The notes beneath the pieces were generated by a model, which was not told the DNA's origin, ran no database searches, and worked only from the letters and a program-made list of their open reading frames with translations. From Dickeya dadantii NCPPB 898 (lineage in GTDB: Bacteria > Pseudomonadota > Gammaproteobacteria > Enterobacterales > Enterobacteriaceae): a stretch of 32,000 nt of DNA. This document shows, piece after piece, positions 24,434-32,000 of this stretch (position 1 is the first letter of the stretch; every line of letters begins with the position of its first letter). A program made the position numbers and the translations under genes. Where the stretch lies: assembly GCF_000406145.1 (NCBI RefSeq), contig NZ_CM001976.1, positions 2,595,116 through 2,627,115 on the forward strand, written 5' to 3'.

Positions 24434-25812
24434 TGAACGCGCAGGACGCAATCGATACCCGCTACCCCCGGCTGAGCCGGTGGCTGCAACAGCAACAACG
24501 TCAGCTGGCGGCGTATTCGCCGGTGACGCGACAGGGGCAAATCATCGGCATCAGCGGCATTCTGCTGGAGTCCAGCCTGCCGAACGCCCGCATCGGCGAT
24601 TTGTGCCTGGTGGCACGCGACGACAGCTCGCAGGTGCTGGCGGAAATTGTCGGCTTCAGCCCGGAAAACACCTTTCTGTCGGCGCTGGGCGCGCTGGACG
24701 GCATCGCGCAGGGCGCGGTGGTCACCCCGCTGTACCAGCCGCATTGCGTGCAGGTGTCCGACGCGCTGTTCGGCAGTGTGCTGGACGGCTTCGGCCGCCC
24801 GCTGGAAGACGGCGGCCACAGCGCGTTTGTCGAACCGGGCTCACTTAACGCCACCCCTATCCCGGTGATCGGCGACGCGCCGCCGCCTACTGAACGCCCG
24901 CGCATCGCCGACCCGCTGCCCACCGGTATGCGTGCCATCGACGGCCTGCTGACCATCGGCTGCGGTCAGCGTGTCGGAGTATTCGCCGGCGCCGGCTGCG
25001 GCAAAACCACCCTGCTGGCGGAACTGGCGCGCAACACCCCGTGCGACGCCATCGTGTTTGGGCTGATCGGCGAACGCGGCCGCGAACTGCGCGAATTCCT
25101 CGATCACGAACTGGACGAACAGCTGCGCAGCCGCACCGTGCTGGTCTGCTCCACCTCCGATCGCAGCAGCATGGAGCGCGCCCGCGCCGCCTTTACCGCC
25201 ACCGCCATCGCCGAAGCCTTTCGCGCCGCGGGCAAACAAGTGCTGCTGATTATCGACTCACTGACCCGCTTTGCCCGCGCTCAGCGCGAAATCGGCCTGG
25301 CGCTGGGCGAGCCGCAGGGGCGCGGCGGCTTGCCGCCCTCGGTCTACACCCTGTTGCCCCGGCTGGTGGAGCGCGCCGGGCAAACCCGTCAGGGCGCGAT
25401 TACCGCGCTCTATTCGGTGCTGATCGAACAGGATTCGATGAACGACCCGGTGGCCGACGAAGTGCGATCGCTGATCGACGGCCACATCGTGTTGTCGCGC
25501 CGGCTGGCCGAACGCAACCACTACCCGGCGATCGACGTGCTGATGAGCCTGAGCCGTACCATGAGCAACGTGGTGGAACGGGATCACACCCGTCACGCCA
25601 ACGCGGTACGGCGGCTGATGGCGGCCTACAAGCAGGTGGAAATGCTGATCCGCCTCGGGGAATACCAACCGGGGCACGACGCCTTCACCGATGCCGCCGT
25701 CAGCGCCAACGACGACATCAACCGCTTTCTGCAACAGGCGATGCGCGAGCCGCAGGGCTTTGACCACATTCAGTCGCAACTCGAAGAGGTGAGCCAGTAT
25801 GCCAATCTCTAA
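24433..25812 (+). CDS. hrcN: T3SS ATPase HrcN (SctN, FliI/F1-beta family)
   Basis: It has Walker A GAGCGKTT and Walker B VLLIIDSLTRFARA. The ATG overlaps the hrpQ stop (TGATG). An in-frame GTG at 24430 is the alternative start. Confidence 0.97.
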   Translation: MNAQDAIDTRYPRLSRWLQQQQRQLAAYSPVTRQGQIIGISGILLESSLPNARIGDLCLVARDDSSQVLAEIVGFSPENTFLSALGALDGIAQGAVVTPLYQPHCVQVSDALFGSVLDGFGRPLEDGGHSAFVEPGSLNATPIPVIGDAPPPTERPRIADPLPTGMRAIDGLLTIGCGQRVGVFAGAGCGKTTLLAELARNTPCDAIVFGLIGERGRELREFLDHELDEQLRSRTVLVCSTSDRSSMERARAAFTATAIAEAFRAAGKQVLLIIDSLTRFARAQREIGLALGEPQGRGGLPPSVYTLLPRLVERAGQTRQGAITALYSVLIEQDSMNDPVADEVRSLIDGHIVLSRRLAERNHYPAIDVLMSLSRTMSNVVERDHTRHANAVRRLMAAYKQVEMLIRLGEYQPGHDAFTDAAVSANDDINRFLQQAMREPQGFDHIQSQLEEVSQYANL

Positions 25813-26278
25813 CGCCATGCCACCCGTCAGCGCGATGGAAGAAGAGCAGCCGGACAGCAGCGCGCAGGAACTGGGCGCGGTACTTAACCAGCTGCTGCCG
25901 ATCCGTCGGCAACGCCTCAGCCGCGCCGAACGCCAGTTGCGCCAGGCCGAACAGACGCTCAGGCAAACCGAAGCGGCGCTGCGCACGCAACAGGCGCAAC
26001 TGGAGCAGTTGCAGGCCGACTGGCAGCAGCAGCGCACTATTTTCCTGCGCGAGGCGTTGGGGAAAACCCAGACGCTGGAGTCGCTGAAAAACCAGCTGGA
26101 GCAGGAGCAAAAGCATATTCGTCAGATTCAGGCGCAGGTGCTGCTGTGTACCGACTGGCAGCAACAGTATCTGAACCGGCAGCAGCAGGTCGGCCAGGCC
26201 CGGGAAGCGGCCCGGCTCTGCCAGAAAGCCGTTGAAAAACTGGAGTTTCTGTTAACCACCTATCAGGAGGCGATATGA
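25799..26278 (+). CDS. hrpO: HrpO (SctO stalk, YscO/FliJ-like coiled coil)
   Basis: 159 aa, strongly Gln/Leu/Glu/Arg coiled-coil (...RQRLSRAERQLRQAEQTLRQTEAALRTQQAQLEQLQADWQQQ...). SD GAGGTGAG is upstream. It overlaps the hrcN end by 14 nt. Confidence 0.82.
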   Translation: MPISNAMPPVSAMEEEQPDSSAQELGAVLNQLLPIRRQRLSRAERQLRQAEQTLRQTEAALRTQQAQLEQLQADWQQQRTIFLREALGKTQTLESLKNQLEQEQKHIRQIQAQVLLCTDWQQQYLNRQQQVGQAREAARLCQKAVEKLEFLLTTYQEAI

Positions 26279-26799
26279 CCCCTCATCTGCCCGCAACGCA
26301 AGATGTTTCTCTGCCTGCCCTGCGCCCGTTGCCGCACGGCCAGGAGCAGGATTTCCCCGGCTACGGTTACGACGACGATGCCTTCTGGGAAGGCGAGCTG
26401 TCCGAGCCGGAAATGCAGTTCCCCGACGCCAGTTGGCTGCCGTTTGGTCCACCATTGGCGTTCAACTTCCCTCTGAGTCTGGACGCCTTCGCCGATGCCC
26501 CGACGCAGGCGGAACCGGTCACGCCGGCGTACTGGCCGGCGCTGGAGTCGTCGCTGACCGACATGCCGCTGCTGCGCCGGGGAGAACCGCTGTCGTTCAG
26601 CCTGCAACTGCCGCAACTGGGCAGCGTGGATGTGCGGATGGTGACGCTGCCCGCCAGCGGCTGGGACGTGTCGCTGCGCTTCGGCAAATCCGCCTATGAA
26701 CAGTTGAAAAGCCAGCGCGACGCCTGCCGCCGATCGCTGGCGGATACGCTGCGCGCGCCGGTACGCCTACAGTTTGAAAGCCGGGAGGACGAGGAATGA
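26275..26799 (+). CDS. hrpP: HrpP (SctP, needle/pilus-length and substrate-switch protein, T3S4 domain)
   Basis: 174 aa, Pro-rich N-half. The C-terminal FliK/YscP-like T3S4 segment reads LSFSLQLPQLGSVDVRMVTLPASGWDVSLRF. It has an ATGA overlap with hrpO and AGGAGG as SD. Confidence 0.8.
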   Translation: MTPHLPATQDVSLPALRPLPHGQEQDFPGYGYDDDAFWEGELSEPEMQFPDASWLPFGPPLAFNFPLSLDAFADAPTQAEPVTPAYWPALESSLTDMPLLRRGEPLSFSLQLPQLGSVDVRMVTLPASGWDVSLRFGKSAYEQLKSQRDACRRSLADTLRAPVRLQFESREDEE

Positions 26800-27944
26800 T
26801 CCCGCTTGCCCGGACGCTGCGCCCGGTCAGTCAGGCGCGAGCCGCGCTCTCCCGCCAGCTAGCGGCGGCGCACCGTTTTGCCTTCATGCTGGACGGGCAG
26901 CCCGGCGAACTGCGCCTGCAACTGGCGGACGACGCCCCGCCCGGCCGGCAGGAAAGCCGCTGGCGCTGCCATGCCGGCTCACTGTGGCTGGACGACAACG
27001 CCGCGCCGTTGCTGTCGCTGCTTTCCGCCTGCCCGGCGCTCATCCCCGGCCCCGACGACGACGCAGAAACGGCCAACTGGTACTGGACACAGTACAACCA
27101 CCATCTCAGCCCGGCGCTACGCGAACTGTTCGGTGAAATCCGGCCGGCGTCATCGCAACCGCCAGACAGCGCAGAGCATGGCGAACTGACACTGTGGCTG
27201 GAGGTCATCCACGGCGATTTCCGGGTTCGCAGCCGGTTGCGAACATCGACTAAAACCTTGCGGCAGTGGCAAAGCCAGCCGGGGTGGTACGCGCCCCGCT
27301 ACCCGCTGCCCGGCCACCTGGCGATGCGCGTGCCGTTGGTGCTGGCAGAAGTGACGTTGTCACACGAACAATTGGCGGCACTGGAACCGGGCGACCTGAT
27401 CTGTCCACTCAAACAGTACTTTTCACCGCAGGGCAACGGCTGCATCACGCTGGCCGACCGGCGGTTGACCGGGCAGCTCAGGATGGATGCGCTCGCCCCG
27501 TACTGGTTTACCGTGACAGAACTGGAGGAATGTCCCGTGGCTATACCTTTTGACGACACCACACCTTTTGACGACACCATACCTTTTGACGACGCGGCCC
27601 CATTTGAGACTGACGCCGCTCCCGAAACGTCGCCGCACGCCGGTTTTTCCGCCCCGGATGGCGAACATCACACCGGCGCGCCGTCGGGCTACGCGCTGCC
27701 GCCGCTGACGCTGGCGCTGACCGTGCGCTGCGGTTATCTGACGCTGACGTTACAGGATTTGCAGCAACTGGCCCCCGGCACGGTGTTAACCCTACAACAG
27801 GCAACACCCGGCGAGGCCACCCTGTACCACGGCGAACAGCCGCTGGCGCTGGGCGAACTGGTGGACGTGGACGGTCGGCTGGGATTGCAGATTACCCGCC
27901 GTCTCGGCGTGGACGGAAGCATCTCCCCGGAGCCATCGTTATGA
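26796..27944 (+). CDS. hrcQ: HrcQ (SctQ cytoplasmic sorting-platform/C-ring protein, C-terminal SpoA/FliN domain)
   Basis: 382 aa. The C-terminal SpoA-type segment reads [68 protein letters not shown]. It has ATGA overlaps with hrpP and hrcR. Confidence 0.93.
   Translation: MIPLARTLRPVSQARAALSRQLAAAHRFAFMLDGQPGELRLQLADDAPPGRQESRWRCHAGSLWLDDNAAPLLSLLSACPALIPGPDDDAETANWYWTQYNHHLSPALRELFGEIRPASSQPPDSAEHGELTLWLEVIHGDFRVRSRLRTSTKTLRQWQSQPGWYAPRYPLPGHLAMRVPLVLAEVTLSHEQLAALEPGDLICPLKQYFSPQGNGCITLADRRLTGQLRMDALAPYWFTVTELEECPVAIPFDDTTPFDDTIPFDDAAPFETDAAPETSPHAGFSAPDGEHHTGAPSGYALPPLTLALTVRCGYLTLTLQDLQQLAPGTVLTLQQATPGEATLYHGEQPLALGELVDVDGRLGLQITRRLGVDGSISPEPSL
27383..27411 (+). promoter_or_regulatory. 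Perfect hrp-box motif internal to hrcQ (candidate internal HrpL promoter; function unproven)
   Basis: GGAACC (27383-27388) - 16 nt - CCACTCA (27405-27411), followed by AA, in the same orientation as the operon. Confidence 0.4.
27543..27614 (+). repeat. In-frame 18-bp tandem repeat x4 within hrcQ (hexapeptide xPF[DE][DT]x)
   Basis: The four units are ATACCTTTTGACGACACC, ACACCTTTTGACGACACC, ATACCTTTTGACGACGCG and GCCCCATTTGAGACTGAC. They encode [24 protein letters not shown]. Confidence 0.95.
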
Positions 27945-28594
27945 CCTCGGGCAGCTTCGACCCGGTGATGTTTGCCCTGTTTCTGGGTGCGTTGTCGCTG
28001 ATTCCGTTGATGATGATCGTCTGCACCTGCTTTCTTAAAGTGTCTATGGTGCTGATGATTACCCGCAACGCCATCGGGGTGCAGCAGGTGCCGCCCAACA
28101 TGGCGTTGTACGGTATCGCGCTCGCCGCCACGCTGTTCGTGATGGCGCCGGTATTCAGCGACATCAAACAGCGATTTCAGGACGCGCCGGTGGATTTCAG
28201 CAGTCTCGACGCGCTGGAAAGCAGCGTGACCAAAGGCATCGAACCGTTGCAGAAATTCATGTCGCGCAACACCGATCCGGACATTCTGACCCACCTGCAT
28301 GAAAACAGCCTGCGCATGTGGCCGGCGTCGATGTCCGAAAAGATCACTACCCAAAACATTCTGCTGATGCTGCCGGCCTATGTGCTGTCGGAGCTGCAAG
28401 CCGGGTTCAAGATCGGTTTTCTGATTTACATCCCGTTTATCGTTATCGACCTGATTGTCTCCAACGTGCTGCTGGCGTTGGGGATGCAAATGGTGGCGCC
28501 CACCACCCTTTCGCTGCCGCTCAAGCTGCTGCTGTTCGTGCTGGTCAACGGCTGGACGCGCCTGCTCGACGGCCTGTTCTACAGCTATCTGTGA
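27941..28594 (+). CDS. hrcR: T3SS export-apparatus protein HrcR (SctR, FliP family)
   Basis: 217 aa. FliP-family motifs include ...[41 protein letters not shown]... and ...[31 protein letters not shown]... Confidence 0.96.
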   Translation: MTSGSFDPVMFALFLGALSLIPLMMIVCTCFLKVSMVLMITRNAIGVQQVPPNMALYGIALAATLFVMAPVFSDIKQRFQDAPVDFSSLDALESSVTKGIEPLQKFMSRNTDPDILTHLHENSLRMWPASMSEKITTQNILLMLPAYVLSELQAGFKIGFLIYIPFIVIDLIVSNVLLALGMQMVAPTTLSLPLKLLLFVLVNGWTRLLDGLFYSYL

Positions 28595-28601
28595 GGCGAC
28601 C

Positions 28602-28862
28602 ATGGAAACGCTCAATCTGTTTCGACAGGCGATGGTGCTGGTGGTGATGCTGTCGGCGCCGCCGCTGCTGGTGGCGGTGGTGGTCGGCGTGCTGATTTCG
28701 CTGCTACAGGCGGTGATGCAGTTGCAGGATCAAACCTTGCCCTTTGCCGTCAAGCTGGTGGCGGTCGGGTTGGTATTGGCCATGACCGGCCGCTGGATCG
28801 GCGTCGAGCTGATCCAACTGGCGATGCTGGCCTTCAACATGATCGAACAAACCCGGGTGTGA
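28602..28862 (+). CDS. hrcS: T3SS export-apparatus protein HrcS (SctS, FliQ family)
   Basis: 86 aa from ATG 28602, with GAGG upstream. It starts METLNLFRQAMVLVVMLSAPPLLVAVVVGVLISLLQAVMQLQDQTLPFAVKL... The track's longer ORF overlaps hrcR in another frame. Confidence 0.93.
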   Translation: METLNLFRQAMVLVVMLSAPPLLVAVVVGVLISLLQAVMQLQDQTLPFAVKLVAVGLVLAMTGRWIGVELIQLAMLAFNMIEQTRV

Positions 28863-28869
28863 GGCGGCC

Positions 28870-29673
28870 ATGTTATCCATCGCCACGATCCAGAACATTT
28901 ACGATTTTATTTACGCGCTGACGCTCGGCGTGGCCCGGCTTTATCCGTGCCTGTTTCTGGTGCCGCTGTTCTCGTTCACCATTATCAAAGGCATGCTGCG
29001 TAACGCGGTGGCGATCGCGCTGGCGCTGGTGCCGGCGGGCGCCATCCAGCAACAGATGCTGACCACCACCATTACCTGGCCGATGCTACCCGGCCTGCTG
29101 CTCAAAGAGCTGGTGATCGGGCTATTGCTGGGGGTAGTGCTGGCGATGCCATTCTGGCTGTTCGAGTCGGTTGGCGCGTTGTTTGATAACCAGCGCGGCG
29201 CGCTCACCGGCGGCCAGCTCAACCCGGCGCTGGGCAGCGACGCCACCCCGCTCGGCCACATGATGAAAGAACTGTTCATGATGATGCTGATCATCACCAT
29301 CGGTTTTCCCGGCTTTACCCAGTTACTGTGGGACAGCTACCGCCTGTGGCCGGCGTTAGACTTTCTGCCGCCGTTATCGGAACAGGGGTTTCACACCTAT
29401 CTCGATCTGCTCAAAGACACTTTCCAGCACATGATCGTGTACGCCGGGCCGCTGGTGGCGCTGTTGCTGTTGCTGGAATTCAGTATCGCCATCCTCAGTC
29501 TCTACAGCCCGCAGTTGCAGGTGTATGTGCTGTCCACCCCGGCCAAATGTCTGGCCGGCATGGCGTTTTTCGTGCTCTACATGCCGGTGTTGCAGTTTCT
29601 CGGCGAGGGGCGGCTCAAGGCGCTGAGCGACCTGAAACACCTGCTCCCGCTGTTCTTTCAGGCATCCCCCTGA
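28870..29673 (+). CDS. hrcT: T3SS export-apparatus protein HrcT (SctT, FliR family)
   Basis: 267-aa polytopic membrane protein in the conserved R-S-T-U order. Confidence 0.92.
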   Translation: MLSIATIQNIYDFIYALTLGVARLYPCLFLVPLFSFTIIKGMLRNAVAIALALVPAGAIQQQMLTTTITWPMLPGLLLKELVIGLLLGVVLAMPFWLFESVGALFDNQRGALTGGQLNPALGSDATPLGHMMKELFMMMLIITIGFPGFTQLLWDSYRLWPALDFLPPLSEQGFHTYLDLLKDTFQHMIVYAGPLVALLLLLEFSIAILSLYSPQLQVYVLSTPAKCLAGMAFFVLYMPVLQFLGEGRLKALSDLKHLLPLFFQASP

Positions 29674-29712
29674 ATGGCTGCAAGATACGGTTACTAACCA
29701 CAAGGTGCCGGG

Positions 29713-30792
29713 ATGAGTGAAAAAACCGAAAAACCCACCCCAAAAAAGTTGCAGGACGCTCGCAAGAAAGGGGAAGTGGGCCAGAGCCAGGATGTGCCCA
29801 AGCTGCTGATCAGTTTCGCGTTGCTGGAGATGATTCTGGCGCTGACCGACAGCGGCATGAGCAAATTGCAGGCGCTGATGCAGCTGCCGTTGAGCCGCAT
29901 CACCGACCCGTTCGGGCATGCGGCGGATGAAATTTTCAGCGAAGCGCTGTCGCTGTTGGCTACCTTCTGCCTGCTGACCATCAGCGTAGCGCTACTGATG
30001 CGCGTCGTTGGCGGTTGGATCCAGTACGGCCCGCTGTTTGCCGTCGAGGCGCTGAAAGTTGATTTCAACCGTCTCAATCCGATCAACCAGATCAAGCAAA
30101 TGTTCACCATGCGCAAGCTCACCGACATGCTGACCAACATCCTGAAGGCGGCGACCATCGGGCTGGTGTTCTGGCTGGTGGTGATGCCGCAGCTGGAGTG
30201 GCTGGTGGAACTGGCTTACGGCGATCTGACCACGTTCTGGAAAGGGGTGGAAAACGTGCTGAAAAGCGTGGCGCGCACCACCCTTTCCGCGTTGCTGGCG
30301 TTGGGAGTGCTCGACTTCGGGCTGCAAAAATATTACTTCCTCAAACAGCAGCGCATGAGCCATGAAGATATCCGCAACGAGTTCAAAAACTCGGAAGGCG
30401 ACCCGCACATGAAAGGCCATCGTAAATCGGTGGCGCAGGAGATCCTCAACGAACCGGCCAGCCCGCGCGCCAAACCCAAAGTGGAAGACGCCGATCTACT
30501 GCTGGTCAACCCGACCCACTACGCGGTGGCGCTGTTCTACCGCCCCGGCAAAACGCCGCTGCCGCGCATCCTGCTCAAGGGCGAAGACGATCAGGCCAAA
30601 GCGTTGATTGCCCGCGCCCATCAGGCCGGCGTGCCGGTGATCCGCTTCATCTGGCTGGCGCGCACCCTGTACCGGATACCGGAAGGCCACTACATCCCGC
30701 GCGACACCCTGCAACCGGTGGCGCAGGTCTATAAGGTATTACGTCAATTGGAGAAAGGCCTGCCGGCACGCGATGTGATCGAGATGGGTTGA
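29713..30792 (+). CDS. hrcU: T3SS autoprotease/substrate-switch protein HrcU (SctU, FlhB/YscU family)
   Basis: 359 aa. The N-terminus is MSEKTEKPTPKKLQDARKKGEVGQSQDV, followed by four TM segments and the NPTH autocleavage motif (LLVNPTHYAVAL). Confidence 0.97.
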   Translation: MSEKTEKPTPKKLQDARKKGEVGQSQDVPKLLISFALLEMILALTDSGMSKLQALMQLPLSRITDPFGHAADEIFSEALSLLATFCLLTISVALLMRVVGGWIQYGPLFAVEALKVDFNRLNPINQIKQMFTMRKLTDMLTNILKAATIGLVFWLVVMPQLEWLVELAYGDLTTFWKGVENVLKSVARTTLSALLALGVLDFGLQKYYFLKQQRMSHEDIRNEFKNSEGDPHMKGHRKSVAQEILNEPASPRAKPKVEDADLLLVNPTHYAVALFYRPGKTPLPRILLKGEDDQAKALIARAHQAGVPVIRFIWLARTLYRIPEGHYIPRDTLQPVAQVYKVLRQLEKGLPARDVIEMG

Positions 30793-30873
30793 CCGATACG
30801 GCGCTTCGCTGTTTGACGCCCGCGCCTGCTAGACTGCAACCGGGTATCTTTTTAATCGGAGCACGAGGGCAAC

Positions 30874-31368
30874 ATGGCAGACAAAATTCACCGCTATCAG
30901 GTACAGGTCAGTTGGACCGGCAACCAAGGCGCCGGCACCGCCAGCTATCGCGGTTACAGCCGCAATCATGACATCAGCGCGCCGGGCAAGCCGACGCTGC
31001 CCGGCTCATCCGACCCGAGTTTCCGCGGCGACCCCGCGCGCTGGAATCCGGAAGAGCTGCTGGTGGCGTCGCTGTCCGCCTGCCACAAGCTGTGGTATCT
31101 CGGGCTGTGCGCGGGGGCCGGCGTCACGGTGGTGGCCTACGACGACCGGGCGGAAGGAGAAATGGTGGAAGAGGCCGGCGGCGCCGGGCAATTTCTGTCG
31201 GTCACCCTGCGCCCGCGCGTGGTGATCAGCGCCGACAGCGACCCACAGACTGCTCTCGCGTTGCACCATCAGGCCCACGAGATGTGTTTTATTGCCCGCT
31301 CGGTTAACTTTACCGTCACCCACCAGCCGGACATCGTGGTCGATAACCCGTCGTCGTCGCACCGCTAG
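30874..31368 (+). CDS. OsmC/Ohr-family (peroxiredoxin-like) protein
   Basis: 164 aa with SD GAGGG. The OsmC-like pattern is ...NPEELLVASLSACHKLWYLGLCA... and ...AHEMCFIARSV... (two conserved Cys). Confidence 0.75.
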   Translation: MADKIHRYQVQVSWTGNQGAGTASYRGYSRNHDISAPGKPTLPGSSDPSFRGDPARWNPEELLVASLSACHKLWYLGLCAGAGVTVVAYDDRAEGEMVEEAGGAGQFLSVTLRPRVVISADSDPQTALALHHQAHEMCFIARSVNFTVTHQPDIVVDNPSSSHR

Positions 31369-31527
31369 CTAGCTCCTGAGCGGCGGCGGCTTTTACCTCT
31401 CGCCGCCTGCGCATCTGCGTAAAGAAAAGCGTTACCCAGTCAAAAATCGTTTCAATATAATCCTGCGCCAGCGTTAAATATTTGCTATCACGGCAGTTAT
31501 TCTCCTTTTACAGATAAAAGTGCGTTT

Positions 31528-32000
31528 ATGTTCAAATCGTTTTTTCCCACCCCCAAACTGTTTTTCTCCTCCGCGCTGATCTGGTCGCTGGTAGCGGTGA
31601 TCATCTGGTATGGCTGGGGGCGTCCGCTGGGCGATAGCCTGCTGCACATCAGCCAGCCGCTGCCGCAGGGCGCGATACGGTTCCTGTCGCCCGCCTTTCT
31701 GTGGTTCTACGGTTACTATCTGCTGTGCGTGGGTCTATTCGCCGGTGCCTGGGCATGGTTAAGTCCACATCCCTGGCAGCGTTGGTCGATTCTTGGCACG
31801 TCGCTGATTATTTTCGTCACCTATTTTTCGGTCGAAGTCGGTGTGGCGGTCAACGACTGGTACGTTCCTTTTTACGATCTGATCCAGAAAGCGTTGAGCG
31901 CACCTAACGCCGTGACGATTCAGGCGTTTTACCAGCAGTTGCTGATTTTCCTCGGTATCGCGCTGACCGCGGTGACCGTCGGCGTGCTGAACCTGTTTTT
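31528..32000 (+). CDS. sbmA: SbmA/BacA-family peptide-antibiotic/peptide uptake transporter, N-terminal part (continues past the window end)
   Basis: My own translation from ATG 31528 gives [31 protein letters not shown]...[52 protein letters not shown]... This matches my recollection of E. coli SbmA (MFKSFFPKPGTFF...[35 protein letters not shown]). It is absent from the ORF track because it is open-ended. Confidence 0.88.
   Translation, partial: [157 protein letters not shown]

Noticed and set aside
28455-28601. Longer ORF (135 aa) extending hrcS upstream into hrcR
   Set aside because: It overlaps hrcR in another frame. The FliQ-family protein starts at METLNLF (ATG 28602), which has its own SD.
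1-32000. Other GGAACC / GGTTCC hexamers as possible hrp boxes, near 1622, 2988, 4225, 5824, 10585, 14140, 14907, 16833, 19204, 23519, 23813, 23881, 26511 and 31679
   Set aside because: None has a CCACNNA-like element 15-16 nt downstream on the relevant strand. The scan was by eye and may have missed hexamers.
1-32000. Search for CRISPR arrays, tRNA/rRNA genes, IS elements, integrases and phage or defence-system genes
   Set aside because: I found no repeat-spacer arrays, no cloverleaf-like or rRNA-like segments, and no transposase, integrase or nuclease-helicase type ORFs. All large ORFs are accounted for by the T3SS cluster and its flanks.

Overview
This window is almost entirely a Hrp1-family type III secretion (T3SS) island of the Dickeya (formerly Erwinia chrysanthemi) type. 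The assignment rests on the HrpN harpin sequence, the adjacent hecB/hecA genes, a plcA-like gene inside the cluster, and the gene order.

Map, left to right:
- hecA (5' end only, open at position 1) and hecB, a two-partner secretion / CDI-type adhesin pair, minus strand.
- A small cupin gene, plus strand.
- hrpN, then hrpV-hrpT-hrcC-hrpG-hrpF, minus strand.
- A non-T3SS insert: plcA-like esterase, a second alpha/beta hydrolase, and a lytic transglycosylase.
- hrpE-hrpD-hrcJ-hrpB-hrpA, minus strand.
- The regulatory cascade hrpS, hrpY, hrpX, hrpL, minus strand.
- The 10.6 kb plus-strand operon hrpJ-hrcV-hrpQ-hrcN-hrpO-hrpP-hrcQ-hrcR-hrcS-hrcT-hrcU.
- Chromosomal flank: an OsmC-like gene and the 5' end of sbmA.

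Regulatory sites read directly from the sequence: four HrpL-type hrp boxes (hrpN, hrpF, hrpA, hrpJ), the sigma-54 promoter of hrpL, and several intrinsic terminators.

I saw no tRNA, rRNA, CRISPR array, IS element, transposase or integrase. I do not see a wholly new system here; the cluster is a known type.

Observations most worth follow-up:
1. hrpX is frame-shifted in a G7 homopolymer, which cuts off the end of its ATPase domain.
2. A perfect consensus hrp box lies inside hrcQ, upstream of its SpoA-domain half.
3. hrcQ carries an 18-bp x4 in-frame tandem repeat.
4. The 552-bp plcA/hydrolase intergenic region is long and repeat-laden.
5. The hrpN, hrpA and hrpX leaders carry structured elements.
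6. HrpF has an SctF (needle)-like C-terminus.

All motif and coordinate claims were read by eye from the sequence. Homology claims rest on remembered family features, not on searches.
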